The notes under the pieces were generated by a model, which did no database searches, had not been told where the DNA came from, and saw only the letters and a list, made by a program, of their open reading frames with translations. Below, piece by piece: positions 15,001-29,516 of a DNA stretch of 64,000 nucleotides (position 1 is the stretch's first letter; the number at the start of each line of letters is the position of its first letter). The position numbers and the translations under genes are program-made. The stretch is from Eledone cirrhosa (taxonomy: Eukaryota): assembly GCA_964016885.1 (NCBI GenBank), contig OZ024741.1, forward strand, positions 273,110,001 to 273,174,000, given 5' to 3'.

Positions 15001-18000
15001 CAGACTAGAGTGAGAGGTCTGTATCTGTCTCTCTCTCTCTTCTGTTGTAACTACAACTACAACAACAACAGCCACTGTACAGATGCCTACCAGACTAGAG
15101 TGACAGGTCTGTATCTGTCTCTCTCTCTTCTGTTGTAACTACAACTACAACAACAACAGCCACTGTACAGATGCCTACCAGACTAGAGTGACAGGTCTGT
15201 ATCTGTCTCTCTCTCTCTGCTGTTGTAACTACAACAACAACAACAACAGCTACTGTACAAATGCCTACCAGACTAGAGTGACAGGTCTGTATCTGTCTCT
15301 CTCTCTCTTCTGTTGTAACTACAACTACAACAACAACATCCACTGTACAGATACCTACCAGACTAGAGTGACAGGTCTGTATCTGTCTCTTTCTCTTCTG
15401 TTGTAACTACAACTACAACAACAACAGCCACTGTACAGATGCCTACCAGACTAGAGTGACAGGTCTGTATCTGTCTCTCTCTCTCTGCTGTTGTAACTAC
15501 AACAACAACAACAACAGCTACTGTACAAATGCCTACCAGACTAGAGTGACAGGTCTGGATCTGTCTCTCTCTCTCTTCTGTTGTAACTACAACTACAACA
15601 ACAACAGCCACTGTACAGATGCCTACCAGACTAGAGTGACAGGTCTGTATCTGTCTATCTCTCTCTTCTGTTGTAACTACAACAACAACAACAACAGCCA
15701 CTGTACAGATGCCTACCAGACTAGAGTGACAGGTCTGTATCTGTCTCTCTCTCTCTCTTCTGTTGTAACTACAACTACAACAACAACAGACACTGTACAG
15801 ATGCCTACCAGACTAGAGTGACAGGTCTGTAGCTGTCTCTCTTTCTCTTCTGTTGTAACTACAACTACAACAACAACAGCCACTGTACAGATGCCTACCA
15901 GACTAGAGTGACAGGCCTGTATCTGTCTCTCTCTCTTCTGTTGTAACTACAACTACAACAACAACAGCCACTGTACAGATGCCTACCAGACTAGAGTGAC
16001 ACGTCTGTATCTGTCTCTCTCTCTCTCTTCTGTTGTAACTACAACTACAACAACAACAGCCACTGTACAGATGCCTACCAGACTAGAGTGACAGGTCTGT
16101 ATCTGTCTCTCTCTCTTCTGTTGTAACTACAACAACAACAACAACAGCCACTGTACAGATGCCTACCAGACTAGAGTGACAGGTCTGTATCTGTCTCTCT
16201 CTCTCTTCTGTTCTAACTACAACTACAACAACAGCCACTGTACAGATGCCTACCAGACTAGAGTGAGAGGTCTGTATCTGTCTCTCTCTTCTGTTGTAAC
16301 TACAACAACAACAACAACAGCCACTGTACAGATGCCTACCAGACTAGAGTGAGAGGTCTGTATCTGTCTCTCTCTCTCTTCTGTTGTAACTACAACTACA
16401 ACAACAACAGCCACTGTACAGATGCCTACCAGACTAGAGTGAGAGGTCTGTATCTGTCTCTCTCTTCTGTTGTAACTACAACAACAACAACAACAGCCAC
16501 TGTACAGATGCCTACCAGACTAGAGTGAGAGGTCTGTATCTGTCTCTCTCTCTCTTCTGTTGTAACTACAACTACAACAACAACAGCCACTGTACAGATG
16601 CCTACCAGACTAGAGTGACAGGTCTGTATCTGTCTCTCTCTCTCTTCTGTTGTAACTACAACAACAACAACAACAGCCACTGTACAGATGCCTACCAGAC
16701 TAGAGTGACAGGTCTGTATCTGTCTCTCTCTCTCTTCTGTTGTAACTACAACTACAACAACAACATCCACTGTACAGATGCCTACCAGACTAGAGTGACA
16801 GGTCTGTATCTGTCTCTCTCTCTCTTCTGTTGTAACTACAACTACAACAACAACAGCCACTGTACAGATGCCTACCAGACTAGAGTGACAGGTCTGTATC
16901 TGTCTCTCTCTTCTGTTGTAACTACAACAACAACAACAACAGCCACTGTACAGATGCCTACCAGACTAGAGTGACAGGTCTGTATCTGTCTCTCTCTCTC
17001 TTCTGTTGTAACTACAACTACAACAACAACAGCCACTGTACAGATGCCTACCAGACTAGAGTGACAGGTCTGTATCTGTCTCTCTCTTCTGTTGTAACTA
17101 CAACTACAACAACAACATCCACTGTACAGATACCTACCAGACTAGAGTGACAGGTCTGTATCTGTCTCTCTCTCTTCTGTTGTAACTACAACTACAACAA
17201 CAACAGCCACTGTACAGATGCCTACCAGACTAGAGTGACAGGTCTGTATCTGTCTCTCTCTCTCTGCTGTTGTAACTACAACAACAACAACAACAGCTAC
17301 TGTACAAATGCCTACCAGACTAGAGTGACAGGTCTGTATCTGTCTCTCTCTCTCTTCTGTTGTAACTACAACTACAACAACAACATCCACTGTACAGATA
17401 CCTACCAGACTAGAGTGACAGGTCTGTATCTGTCTCTTTCTCTTCTGTTGTAACTACAACTACAACAACAACAGCCACTGTACAGATGCCTACCAGACTA
17501 GAGTGACAGGTCTGTATCTGTCTCTCTCTGCTGTTGTAACTACAACAACAACAACAGCTACTGTACAAATGCCTACCAGACTAGAGTGACAGGTCTGGAT
17601 CTGTCTCTCTCTCTTCTGTTGTAACTACAACTACAACAACAACAGCCACTGTACAGATGCCTACCAGACTAGAGTGACAGGTCTGTATCTGTCTCTCTCT
17701 CTCTTCTGTTGTAACTACAACAACAACAACAACAGCCACTGTACAGATGCCTACCAGACTAGAGTGACAGGTCTGTATCTGTCTCTCTCTCTCTCTTCTG
17801 TTGTAACTACAACTACAACAACAACAGCCACTGTACAGATGCCTACCAGACTAGAGTGACAGGTCTGTAGCTGTCTCTCTTTCTCTTCTGTTGTAACTAC
17901 AACTACAACAACAACAGCCACTGTACAGATGCCTACCAGACTAGAGTGACAGGCCTGTATCTGTCTCTCTCTCTTCTGTTGTAACTACAACTACAACAAC

Positions 18001-21000
18001 AACAGCCACTGTACAGATGCCTACCAGACTAGAGTGACACGTCTGTATCTGTCTCTCTCTCTCTCTTCTGTTGTAACTACAACTACAACAACAACAGCCA
18101 CTGTACAGATGCCTACCAGACTAGAGTGACAGGTCTGTATCTGTCTCTCTCTCTTCTGTTGTAACTACAACAACAACAACAACAGCCACTGTACAGATGC
18201 CTACCAGACTAGAGTGACAGGTCTGTATCTGTCTCTCTCTCTCTTCTGTTCTAACTACAACTACAACAACAGCCACTGTACAGATGCCTACCAGACTAGA
18301 GTGAGAGGTCTGTATCTGTCTCTCTCTTCTGTTGTAACTACAACAACAACAACAACAGCCACTGTACAGATGCCTACCAGACTAGAGTGAGAGGTCTGTA
18401 TCTGTCTCTCTCTCTCTTCTGTTGTAACTACAACTACAACAACAACAGCCACTGTACAGATGCCTACCAGACTAGAGTGAGAGGTCTGTATCTGTCTCTC
18501 TCTTCTGTTGTAACTACAACAACAACAACAACAGCCACTGTACAGATGCCTACCAGACTAGAGTGAGAGGTCTGTATCTGTCTCTCTCTCTCTTCTGTTG
18601 TAACTACAACTACAACAACAACAGCCACTGTACAGATGCCTACCAGACTAGAGTGACAGGTCTGTATCTGTCTCTCTCTCTTCTGTTGTAACTACAACTA
18701 CAACAACAACAGCCACTGTACAGATGCCTACCAGACTAGAGTGACAGGTCTGTATCTGTCTCTCTCTCTCTGCTGTTGTAACTACAACAACAACAACAAC
18801 AGCTACTGTACAAATGCCTACCAGACTAGAGTGACAGGTCTGTATCTGTCTCTCTCTCTCTTCTGTTGTAACTACAACTACAACAACAACATCCACTGTA
18901 CAGATACCTACCAGACTAGAGTGACAGGTCTGTATCTGTCTCTTTCTCTTCTGTTGTAACTACAACTACAACAACAACAGCCACTGTACAGATGCCTACC
19001 AGACTAGAGTGACAGGTCTGTATCTGTCTCTCTCTCTCTGCTGTTGTAACTACAACAACAACAACAACAGCTACTGTACAAATGCCTACCAGACTAGAGT
19101 GACAGGTCTGGATCTGTCTCTCTCTCTCTTCTGTTGTAACTACAACTACAACAACAACAGCCACTGTACAGATGCCTACCAGACTAGAGTGACAGGTCTG
19201 TATCTGTCTATCTCTCTCTTCTGTTGTAACTACAACAACAACAACAACAGCCACTGTACAGATGCCTACCAGACTAGAGTGACAGGTCTGTATCTGTCTC
19301 TCTCTCTCTCTTCTGTTGTAACTACAACTACAACAACAACAGACACTGTACAGATGCCTACCAGACTAGAGTGACAGGTCTGTAGCTGTCTCTCTTTCTC
19401 TTCTGTTGTAACTACAACTACAACAACAACAGCCACTGTACAGATGCCTACCAGACTAGAGTGACAGGCCTGTATCTGTCTCTCTCTCTTCTGTTGTAAC
19501 TACAACTACAACAACAACAGCCACTGTACAGATGCCTACCAGACTAGAGTGACACGTCTGTATCTGTCTCTCTCTCTCTCTTCTGTTGTAACTACAACTA
19601 CAACAACAACAGCCACTGTACAGATGCCTACCAGACTAGAGTGACAGGTCTGTATCTGTCTCTCTCTCTTCTGTTGTAACTACAACAACAACAACAACAG
19701 CCACTGTACAGATGCCTACCAGACTAGAGTGACAGGTCTGTATCTGTCTCTCTCTCTCTTCTGTTCTAACTACAACTACAACAACAGCCACTGTACAGAT
19801 GCCTACCAGACTAGAGTGAGAGGTCTGTATCTGTCTCTCTCTTCTGTTGTAACTACAACAACAACAACAACAGCCACTGTACAGATGCCTACCAGACTAG
19901 AGTGAGAGGTCTGTATCTGTCTCTCTCTCTCTTCTGTTGTAACTACAACTACAACAACAACAGCCACTGTACAGATGCCTACCAGACTAGAGTGAGAGGT
20001 CTGTATCTGTCTCTCTCTTCTGTTGTAACTACAACAACAACAACAACAGCCACTGTACAGATGCCTACCAGACTAGAGTGAGAGGTCTGTATCTGTCTCT
20101 CTCTCTCTTCTGTTGTAACTACAACTACAACAACAACAGCCACTGTACAGATGCCTACCAGACTAGAGTGACAGGTCTGTATCTGTCTCTCTCTCTCTTC
20201 TGTTGTAACTACAACAACAACAACAACAGCCACTGTACAGATGCCTACCAGACTAGAGTGACAGGTCTGTATCTGTCTCTCTCTCTCTTCTGTTGTAACT
20301 ACAACTACAACAACAACATCCACTGTACAGATGCCTACCAGACTAGAGTGACAGGTCTGTATCTGTCTCTCTCTCTCTTCTGTTGTAACTACAACTACAA
20401 CAACAACAGCCACTGTACAGATGCCTACCAGACTAGAGTGACAGGTCTGTATCTGTCTCTCTCTTCTGTTGTAACTACAACAACAACAACAACAGCCACT
20501 GTACAGATGCCTACCAGACTAGAGTGACAGGTCTGTATCTGTCTCTCTCTCTCTTCTGTTGTAACTACAACTACAACAACAACAGCCACTGTACAGATGC
20601 CTACCAGACTAGAGTGACAGGTCTGTATCTGTCTCTCTCTTCTGTTGTAACTACAACTACAACAACAACATCCACTGTACAGATACCTACCAGACTAGAG
20701 TGACAGGTCTGTATCTGTCTCTCTCTCTTCTGTTGTAACTACAACTACAACAACAACAGCCACTGTACAGATGCCTACCAGACTAGAGTGACAGGTCTGT
20801 ATCTGTCTCTCTCTCTCTGCTGTTGTAACTACAACAACAACAACAACAGCTACTGTACAAATGCCTACCAGACTAGAGTGACAGGTCTGTATCTGTCTCT
20901 CTCTCTCTTCTGTTGTAACTACAACTACAACAACAACATCCACTGTACAGATACCTACCAGACTAGAGTGACAGGTCTGTATCTGTCTCTTTCTCTTCTG

Positions 21001-24000
21001 TTGTAACTACAACTACAACAACAACAGCCACTGTAAAGATGCCTACCAGACTAGAGTGACAGGTCTGTATCTGTCTCTCTCTCTCTGCTGTTGTAACTAC
21101 AACAACAACAACAACAGCTACTGTACAAATGCCTACCAGACTAGAGTGACAGGTCTGGATCTGTCTCTCTCTCTCTTCTGTTGTAACTACAACTACAACA
21201 ACAACAGCCACTGTACAGATGCCTACCAGACTAGAGTGACAGGTCTGTATCTGTCTCTCTCTCTCTTCTGTTGTAACTACAACAACAACAACAACAGCCA
21301 CTGTACAGATGCCTACCAGACTAGAGTGACAGGTCTGTATCTGTCTCTCTCTCTCTCTTCTGTTGTAACTACAACTACAACAACAACAGCCACTGTACAG
21401 ATGCCTACCAGACTAGAGTGACAGGTCTGTAGCTGTCTCTCTTTCTCTTCTGTTGTAACTACAACTACAACAACAACAGCCACTGTACAGATGCCTACCA
21501 GACTAGAGTGACAGGCCTTTATCTGTCTCTCTCTCTTCTGTTGTAACTACAACTACAACAACAACAGCCACTGTACAGATGCCTACCAGACTAGAGTGAC
21601 ACGTCTGTATCTGTCTCTCTCTCTCTCTTCTGTTGTAACTACAACTACAACAACAACAGCCACTGTACAGATGCCTACCAGACTAGAGTGACAGGTCTGT
21701 ATCTGTCTCTCTCTCTTCTGTTGTAACTACAACAACAACAACAACAGCCACTGTACAGATGCCTACCAGACTAGAGTGACAGGTCTGTATCTGTCTCTCT
21801 CTCTCTTCTGTTCTAACTACAACTACAACAACAGCCACTGTACAGATGCCTACCAGACTAGAGTGAGAGGTCTGTATCTGTCTCTCTCTTCTGTTGTAAC
21901 TACAACAACAACAACAACAGCCACTGTACAGATGCCTACCAGACTAGAGTGAGAGGTCTGTATCTGTCTCTCTCTCTCTTCTGTTGTAACTACAACTACA
22001 ACAACAACAGCCACTGTACAGATGCCTACCAGACTAGAGTGAGAGGTCTGTATCTGTCTCTCTCTTCTGTTGTAACTACAACAACAACAACAACAGCCAC
22101 TGTACAGATGCCTACCAGACTAGAGTGAGAGGTCTGTATCTGTCTCTCTCTCTCTTCTGTTGTAACTACAACTACAACAACAACAGCCACTGTACAGATG
22201 CCTACCAGACTAGTGTGACAGGTCTGTATCTGTCTCTCTCTCTCTTCTGTTGTAACTACAACTACAACAACAACAGCCACTGTACAGATGCCTACCAGAC
22301 TAGAGTGACAGGTCTGTATCTGTCTCTCTCTTCTGTTGTAACTACAACAACAACAACAACAGCCACTGTACAGATGCCTACCAGACTAGAGTGACAGGTC
22401 TGTATCTGTCTCTCTCTCTCTTCTGTTGTAACTACAACTACAACAACAACATCCACTGTACAGATGCCTACCAGACTAGAGTGACAGGTCTGTATCTGTG
22501 TCTCTCTCTCTCTTCTGTTGTAACTACAACTACAACAACAGCCACTGTACAGATGCCTACCAGACTAGAGTGACAGGTCTGTATCTGTCTCTCTCTCTCT
22601 TCTGTTGGAACTACAACTACAACAACAACAGCCACTGTACAGATGCCTACCAGACTAGAGTGACAGGTCTGTATCTGTCTCTCTCTTCTGTTGTAACTAC
22701 AACTACAACAACAACATCCACTGTACAGATACCTACCAGACTAGAGTGACAGGTCTGTATCTGTCTCTCTCTCTTCTGTTGTAACTACAACTACAACAAC
22801 AACAGCCACTGTACAGATGCCTACCAGACTAGAGTGACAGGTCTGTATCTGTCTCTCTCTCTCTGCTGTTGTAACTACAACAACAACAACAACAGCTACT
22901 GTACAAATGCCTACCAGACTAGAGTGACAGGTCTGTATCTGTCTCTCTCTCTCTCTTCTGTTGTAACTACAACTACAACAACAACATCCACTGTACAGAT
23001 ACCTACCAGACTAGAGTGACAGGTCTGTATCTGTCTCTCTCTCTTCTGTTGTAACTACAACTACAACAACAACAGCCACTGTACAGATGCCTACCAGACT
23101 AGAGTGACAGGTCTGTATCTGTCTCTCCCTCTCTGCTGTTGTAACTACAACAACAACAACAACAGCTACTGTACAAATGCCTACCAGACTAGAGTGACAG
23201 GTCTGTATCCGTCTCTCTCTCTCTTCTGTTGTAACTACAACTACAACAACAACAGCCACTGTACAGATGCCTACCAGACTAGAGTGACAGGTCTGTATCT
23301 GTCTCTCTCTCTCTTCTGTTGTAACTACAACAACAACAACAACAGCCACTGTACAGATGCCTACCAGACTAGAGTGACAGGTCTGTATCTGTTTCTCTCT
23401 CTCTCTTCTGTTGTAACTACAACTACAACAACAACAGCCACTGTACAGATGCCTACCAGACTAGAGTGACAGGTCTGTATCTGTCTCTCTCTCTTTTGTT
23501 GTAACTACAACTACAACAACAACAGCCACTGTACAGATGCCTACCAGACTAGTGTGACACGTCTGTATCTGTCTCTCTCTCTCTTCTGTTGTAACTACAA
23601 CAACAACAACAACAGCCACTGTACAGATGCCTACCAGACTAGAGTGACAGGTCTGTATCTGTTTCTCTCTCTCTCTTCTGTTGTAACTACAACTACAACA
23701 ACAACAGCCACTGTACAGATGCCTACCAGACTAGAGTGACAGGTCTGTATCTGTCTCTCTCTCTTTTGTTGTAACTACAACTACAACAACAACAGCCACT
23801 GTACAGATGCCTACCAGACTAGTGTGACACGTCTGTATCTGTCTCTCTCTCTCTTCTGTTGTAACTACAACAACAACAACAACAGCCACTGTACAGATGC
23901 CTACCAGACTAGAGTGACAGGTCTGTAGCTGTCTCTCTTTCTCTTCTGTTGTAACTACAACTACAACAACAACAGCCACTGTACAGATGCCTACCAGACT

Positions 24001-26330
24001 AGAGTGACAGATCTGTATCTGTCTCTCTCTCTTCTGTTGTAACTACAACAACAACAACAACAGCCACTGTACAGATGCCTACCAGACTAGCGTGACAGGT
24101 CTGTAGCTGTCTCTCTCTCTCTTCTGTTGTAACTACAACTACAACAACAACAGCCACTGTACAGATGCCTACCTGACTAGAGTGACAGGTCTGTATCTGT
24201 CTCTCTCTCTCTTCTGTTCTAACTACAACTACAACAACAGCCACTGTACAGATGCCTACCAGACTAGAGTGAGAGGTCTGTATCTGTCTCTCTCTTCTGT
24301 TGTAACTACAACAACAACAACAACAGCCACTGTACAGATGCCTACCAGACTAGAGTGAGAGGTCTGTATCTGTCTCTCTCTCTCTTCTGTTGTAACAACA
24401 ACTACAACAACAACAGCCACTGTACAGATGCCTACCAGACCAGAGTGAGAGGTCTGTATCTGTCTCTCTCTTCTGTTGTAACTACAACAACAACAACAAC
24501 AGCCACTGTACAGATGCCTACCAGACTAGAGTGAGAGGTCTGTATCTGTCTCTCTCTCTCTTCTGTTGTAACTACAACTACAACAACAACAGCCACTGTA
24601 CAGATGCCTACCAGACTAGAGTGACAGGTCTGTATCTGTCTCTCTCTCTCTCTTCTGTTGTAACTACAACAACAACAACAACAACAGCCACTGTACAGAT
24701 GCCTACCAGACTAGAGTGAAAGGTCTGTATCTGTCTCTCCCTCTCTCTTCTGTTGTAACTACAACTACAACAACAACAGCCACTGTACAGATGCCTACCC
24801 GACTAGAGTGACAGGTCTGTATCTGTCTCTCTCTTCTTTTGTAACTACAACTACAAAAACAACAGCCACTGTACAGATGCCTACCAGACTAGAGTGATAG
24901 GTCTGTATCTGTCTCTCTCTTCTGTTGTAACTACAACTACAACAACAACAGCCACTGTACAGATGCCTACCAGACTAGAGTGACAGGTCTGTATCTGTCT
25001 CTCTCTTCTGTTGTAACTACAACTACAACAACAACAGCCACTGTACAGATGCCTACCAGACTAGAGTGACAGGTCTGTATCTGTCTCTCTCTTCTGTTGT
25101 AACTACAACTACAACAACAACAGCCACTGTACAGATGCCTACCAGACTAGAGTGACAGGTCTGTATCTGTCTCTCTCTCTTCTGTTGTAACTACAACTAC
25201 AACAACAACAGCCACTGTACAGATGCCTACCAGACTAGAGTGACACGTCTGTATCTGTCTCTCTCTCTCTCTTCTGTTGTAACTACAACTACAACAACAA
25301 CAGCCACTGTACAGATGCCTACCAGACTAGAGTGACAGGTCTGTATCTGTCTCTCTCTCTTCTGTTGTAACTACAACAACAACAACAACAGCCACTGTAC
25401 AGATGCCTACCAGACTAGAGTGACAGGTCTGTATCTGTCTCTCTCTCTCTTCTGTTGTAACTACAACTACAACAACAACAGCCACTGTACAGATGCCTAC
25501 CAGACTAGAGTGACAGGTCTGTATCTGTCTCTCTCTCTCTTCTGTTCTAACTACAACTACAACAACAGCCACTGTACAGATGCCTACCAGACTAGAGTGA
25601 CAGGTTTGTATCTGTCTCTCTCTCTCTTCTGTTGTAACTACAACTACAACAACAACAGCCACTGTACAGATGCCTACCAGACTAGAGTGACAGGTCTGTA
25701 TCTGTCTCTCTCTTCTGTTGTAACTACAACTACAACAACAACATCCACTGTACAGATACCTACCAGACTAGAGTGACAGGTCTGTATCTGTCTCTCTCTC
25801 TTCTGTTGTAACTACAACTACAACAACAACAGCCACTGTACAGATGCCTACCAGACTAGAGTGACAGGTCTGTATCTGTCTCTCTCTCTCTTCTGTTGTA
25901 ACTACAACAACAACAACAACAGCTACTGTACAAATGCCTACCAGACTAGAGTGACAGGTCTGTATCTGTCTCTCTCTCTCTTCTGTTGTAACTACAACTA
26001 CAACAACAACAGCCACTGTAGAGATGCCTACCAGACTAGAGTGACAGGTCTGTATCTGTCTCTCTTTCTCTTCTGTTGTAACTACAACTACAACAACAAC
26101 AGCCACTGTACAGATGCCTACCAGACTAGAGTGACAGGTGTGTATCTGTCTCTCTCTCATCTGTTGTAACTACAACTACAACTACAACAACAGCCACTAT
26201 ACAGATGCCTACCAGACCAGAGTGATGGGTTGTATCTGTCTCTCTTTTATTGTAACAACAACAACAACAATAACAGGAGCTACTTACAGAAGAAATCTAT
26301 CAGACCAGAGTGATGGTTCAGTATCTGTTT
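1..26330. repeat. Satellite DNA array, ~82-98 bp monomer (mostly 86-92), roughly 295-300 copies, continuing beyond the left window edge
   Basis: Monomer CAGCCACTGTACAGATGCCTACCAGACTAGAGTGACAGGTCTGTATCTGT(CT)nTCTGTTGTAACTACAA(CTA)CAACAACAA repeated head-to-tail. Length varies through (CT)n and (CAA)n slippage. The last 2-3 monomers (26130-26330) are diverged. Confidence 0.99.
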
Positions 26331-26385
26331 AGCTATCAAAAAGATAGATCTTAGATCCACTGTGACAGTGCCATCATTAACACAG

Positions 26386-26960
26386 CTGTGAACACATGGT
26401 CCTGTGAACACACGGTCCTGTGAACAGATGTTTCTGTGAATTCATGGTTCCGTGAACACATGACTGTGAACACATGACTGTGAACACATGGTCCTGTGAA
26501 GACATGACTGTAAACACATGGTCCTATGAACACATGGTTTTGTGAACACATGGTTCTGTGAACAGATGTTTCTGTGAATGCATGGTTCTGTGAACACATG
26601 ACTGTGAACACATAGTCCTGTGAACACATGACTGTGAACACATGGTCCTATGAACACATGGTTCTGTGAACACATGGTTTTGTGAACACATGGTCCTGTG
26701 AACACATGGTCCTGTGAACACATGGTCCAATGAACACATGGTTCTGTGAACAGATGATTCTGTGAACACATGGTCCTGTAAACACATGACTCTGTGAACA
26801 CATGGTTTTGTGAACATATACCTCTGTGAACACACGGTTCTGTGAAACATGGTCCTATGAACACATGATCTTGTGAACATATGGTTCTGTGAACACATGG
26901 TGTACATGTGAACACATGATTATGTGAACATATTATTCTTTGAACACATGATTTTATGTG
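26386..26960. repeat. Minisatellite, 15-17 bp unit (CTGTGAACACATGGT[C/T]), about 35 copies
   Basis: Direct tandem repetition of a TGTGAACACATG core, starting ~55 bp after the large satellite ends. Confidence 0.97.
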
Positions 26961-27284
26961 CATGTGTACACTGATCTAGCTTGTCCTTCACCACAAAAAA
27001 AGAGGACAAGACAACGAACGGAAACCAACAAAATGAAAAACAATTTTTAAGGAAAAAAGCGTAAAAAATTATTTTTTTTTAAATGAAGGACACATAACTC
27101 CATGGTCATCGACTGTTGAGATGGTCTTTGGCAGTTTCGACCCCTACCAACGGTACTGCTGGTCAACCCGTGGACACTGCGTCTCACATAAGCCAAGCGC
27201 TGTCTAGCGGAGTAAGAGACGAGAGACAAAACATTATTTTATAGCAATTAAGTACATATAGAATTTTGTGTGACATCAGGGAAA

Positions 27285-27446
27285 TATATATGTGTATATA
27301 TATATGTATGTATATATATATGTATACATATATATATATACACACACACATATATATATGTATGTATATATATATGTATACATATATATATAGATACACA
27401 CACACACATATATATATATATGTATGTATATATATATATGTATACA
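27285..27446. repeat. Compound (TA)n/(CA)n microsatellite
   Basis: Dinucleotide runs; another lies at 27861-27970. Confidence 0.95.
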
Positions 27447-27895
27447 TGGTGGCTGCCAACTCGTTTTCGAGTACGGCCACTACTTTATATCCATGTAGGA
27501 GATCCCCTACCAATGCGCTGAACGAGTGTGACTTTTTAGTCCAGCCAGCGACTTGAAAACTCTGGTACAAACACTACACTTGTGACAATTATTGATAGAT
27601 AGTGCTGGGCCCATGGTACCATGTGACGACAAGTGCAGAGAGATCTCCAGATATAAAGCAATGCCTGTGCCGTGAAGCTTTTATAGTGAGCAAAGGCACT
27701 GCACAAAGCCAGTCCCACTCTCTTAACCAAGATGATATTTACCAAAAAGAAGAACAAGTCAACATCATTGGATACCATCAGAGTTGCAGGTGTTATATCA
27801 GAGTTTTCCTTCTCCTAGAATTCTGCCTTGACAAAGGCTAAGGGGTCATCTCTCCCGGTGATATATGTATACATATATATATATATATATACACC

Positions 27896-27947
<52 letters not shown>

Positions 27948-28012
27948 CATATACATATATATATATACATAACGAAGGATTGGTGCTCTGAAATAGCGAT
28001 GTATACATGAAT

Positions 28013-28530
28013 GTATCATCATCATCATCATTTCACGTCTGCTTTTCCTTGCTTGCAAGGGTGGGACAGCATCTCTCCACTTGTCACGGTCCTTCGTCAT
28101 CTCCTCCATGAGCTTCAGCGATCTGAGGTCTGCTCTCACCATCTTTGCCCATGTTTTTTTGTGGTCTACCTCTACTGCATCTTCCTTCTACTGGGATTTC
28201 TTGGCACTTCTTCACCCATCGGTCATCCTCCATGCGCATCACATGTCCATACCATCTCAGTCTCCTCTCCCACACACTACATTCTATCCCTCTCAGACAC
28301 AGCTTCTCTCTTAACACATTCATGCTGGGTCGTTCACGCACATTGACATTGCACATCCAACGGAGCATGCTTGCCTCATTTCTCTCCAGCCATCGCATAT
28401 CCTCTGCAGTTGCTGCCCATGTCTCACTACCATGCAGCATCGCACTCCTCACACAGGCATCATATAACCGGCCTTTCGTATGCAGGGAGAAACCCTTCTT
28501 CGTCAGCAGAGGAAGCAGCTCCCTAAACTT
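28013..28530 (-). mobile_element. RTE-clade LINE, 5'-truncated 3' fragment (family A)
   Basis: Translates to ...AMLHGSETWAATAEDMR..ERNEASMLRWMC...RRLRWYGHVMRM...RGRPQK, the typical RTE ORF C-terminus. Very short 3' UTR and (ATG)n tail. Confidence 0.93.
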
Positions 28531-28532
28531 GT

Positions 28533-28700
28533 ATCATCATCATCATCATCATCTTCGTTTAACGTCCATTTTCCCCGCTAGCATGGGTTAGACGGGAGTT
28601 GTCCCACTTGAGGCAAGGTTGGTCGGGTGACCGTGTCTCGCTCATATAGGACTATCTGGCAGGTTTTCTACGGCTGGATGCCCTTCCTAACACCAACCAC
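28533..28700 (-). mobile_element. Isolated 3' UTR/tail of RTE family B (or a SINE sharing it); similar pieces at 32360-32510 (+), 36367-36520 (-), 39120-39240 (-)
   Basis: GTGGTTGGTGTTAGGAAGGGCATCCAGCC...CCCATGCTAGC..GGACGTTAAACG(ATG)n matches the 3' ends of the copies at 40528-41730 and 58765-60144. Confidence 0.85.
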
Positions 28701-29004
28701 ATATATTTGGTAATACACTGTATGCTTAATTAAAAGCATTTTGAAGACCTTGCGCTATTGTTTTAAAGTAGGGACTATGTCACTTACTTCTTTTTACATA
28801 CATTTGTAGATATTTGTGAGGGCTTGTGTATGTGGTGAAATATGGCTGTTGGGTGTGGTGCATACATTATATTTCAGGAAGAATTCCTGGGTTATTCAAA
28901 AGAAATTAGGTGTACACCTGCTTGACGAGTTTGTGGAGGGTGACACATCATCTGAATGTCTGCTACTGAATGTATTCACACATGGACTACTGTATTTTAC
29001 ACCC

Positions 29005-29195
29005 AGCTACACACACATTGAAGTAACACACCACTGGTATAATGCACACATACACAACACTGGGGTAACACACACATACATACACAACACTGGAGTAACA
29101 CACACATACACAACACTTGAGTAACACACACACACACACACAACACTTGCGTAACACACATACAACACTTGAGTAACACACACACACAACAGAAC
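29005..29195. repeat. CA-rich minisatellite (~22-30 bp unit, ACACAACACTTGAGTAACAC core)
   Basis: Visible tandem units with variable (CA)n. Confidence 0.85.
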
Positions 29196-29516
29196 AACAA
29201 AACTGCAATCCGGGTGTTTATTATGAATAGAAAAAGAATTTTCTAATGAATCAATTGAATCATGACTGGTACACATCACCCCCACCTTCAATAGAGAACA
29301 CAAATACACACACACACACACACATATATATAACCATCCATCATCATCATCATTATTTATTATTATTATTATTATTTTTTTTTTTTTTTACGCTCTCTTT
29401 TCGTTGCTTGAGACAAAACTATCAAATAGGATCAACACAGCTTCGGCCGTTTTCCAAAACCATTTTTTTCTTTTCGATGCGGTCAATCACCACCTTTTAA
29501 AACAAGACCAATATAT

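Noticed and set aside
1-26330. CRISPR-like array, or ribozyme-encoding satellite
   Set aside because: No unique spacers or cas genes and the context is eukaryotic; the monomer has no CTGANGA/GAAA core on either strand.
203-26332. Dozens of poly-V/N/T ORFs in the satellite
   Set aside because: Artefacts of 90-bp monomers lacking stops in two frames; frames break whenever (CT)n length changes.
26351-26963. Cys/His-rich minus-strand ORFs
   Set aside because: Translations of the 15-17 bp minisatellite, open in several frames.
27100-27175. Possible hammerhead on the minus strand (GAAACTG...CAGTC)
   Set aside because: Helix III is plausible, but the upstream core reads TTGACCA and helix I does not pair.
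27536-27841. ORFs as a candidate upstream exon of the TPR gene
   Set aside because: No convincing splice pair or similarity; the minus strand looks more like a very decayed LINE RT tail (FTAQALLYIWRSL), too weak to call.
28878-29000. Candidate exon after ATTTCAG at 28871-28877
   Set aside because: Weak pyrimidine tract, no strong donor giving phase 0 into exon A, and no recognisable protein features.
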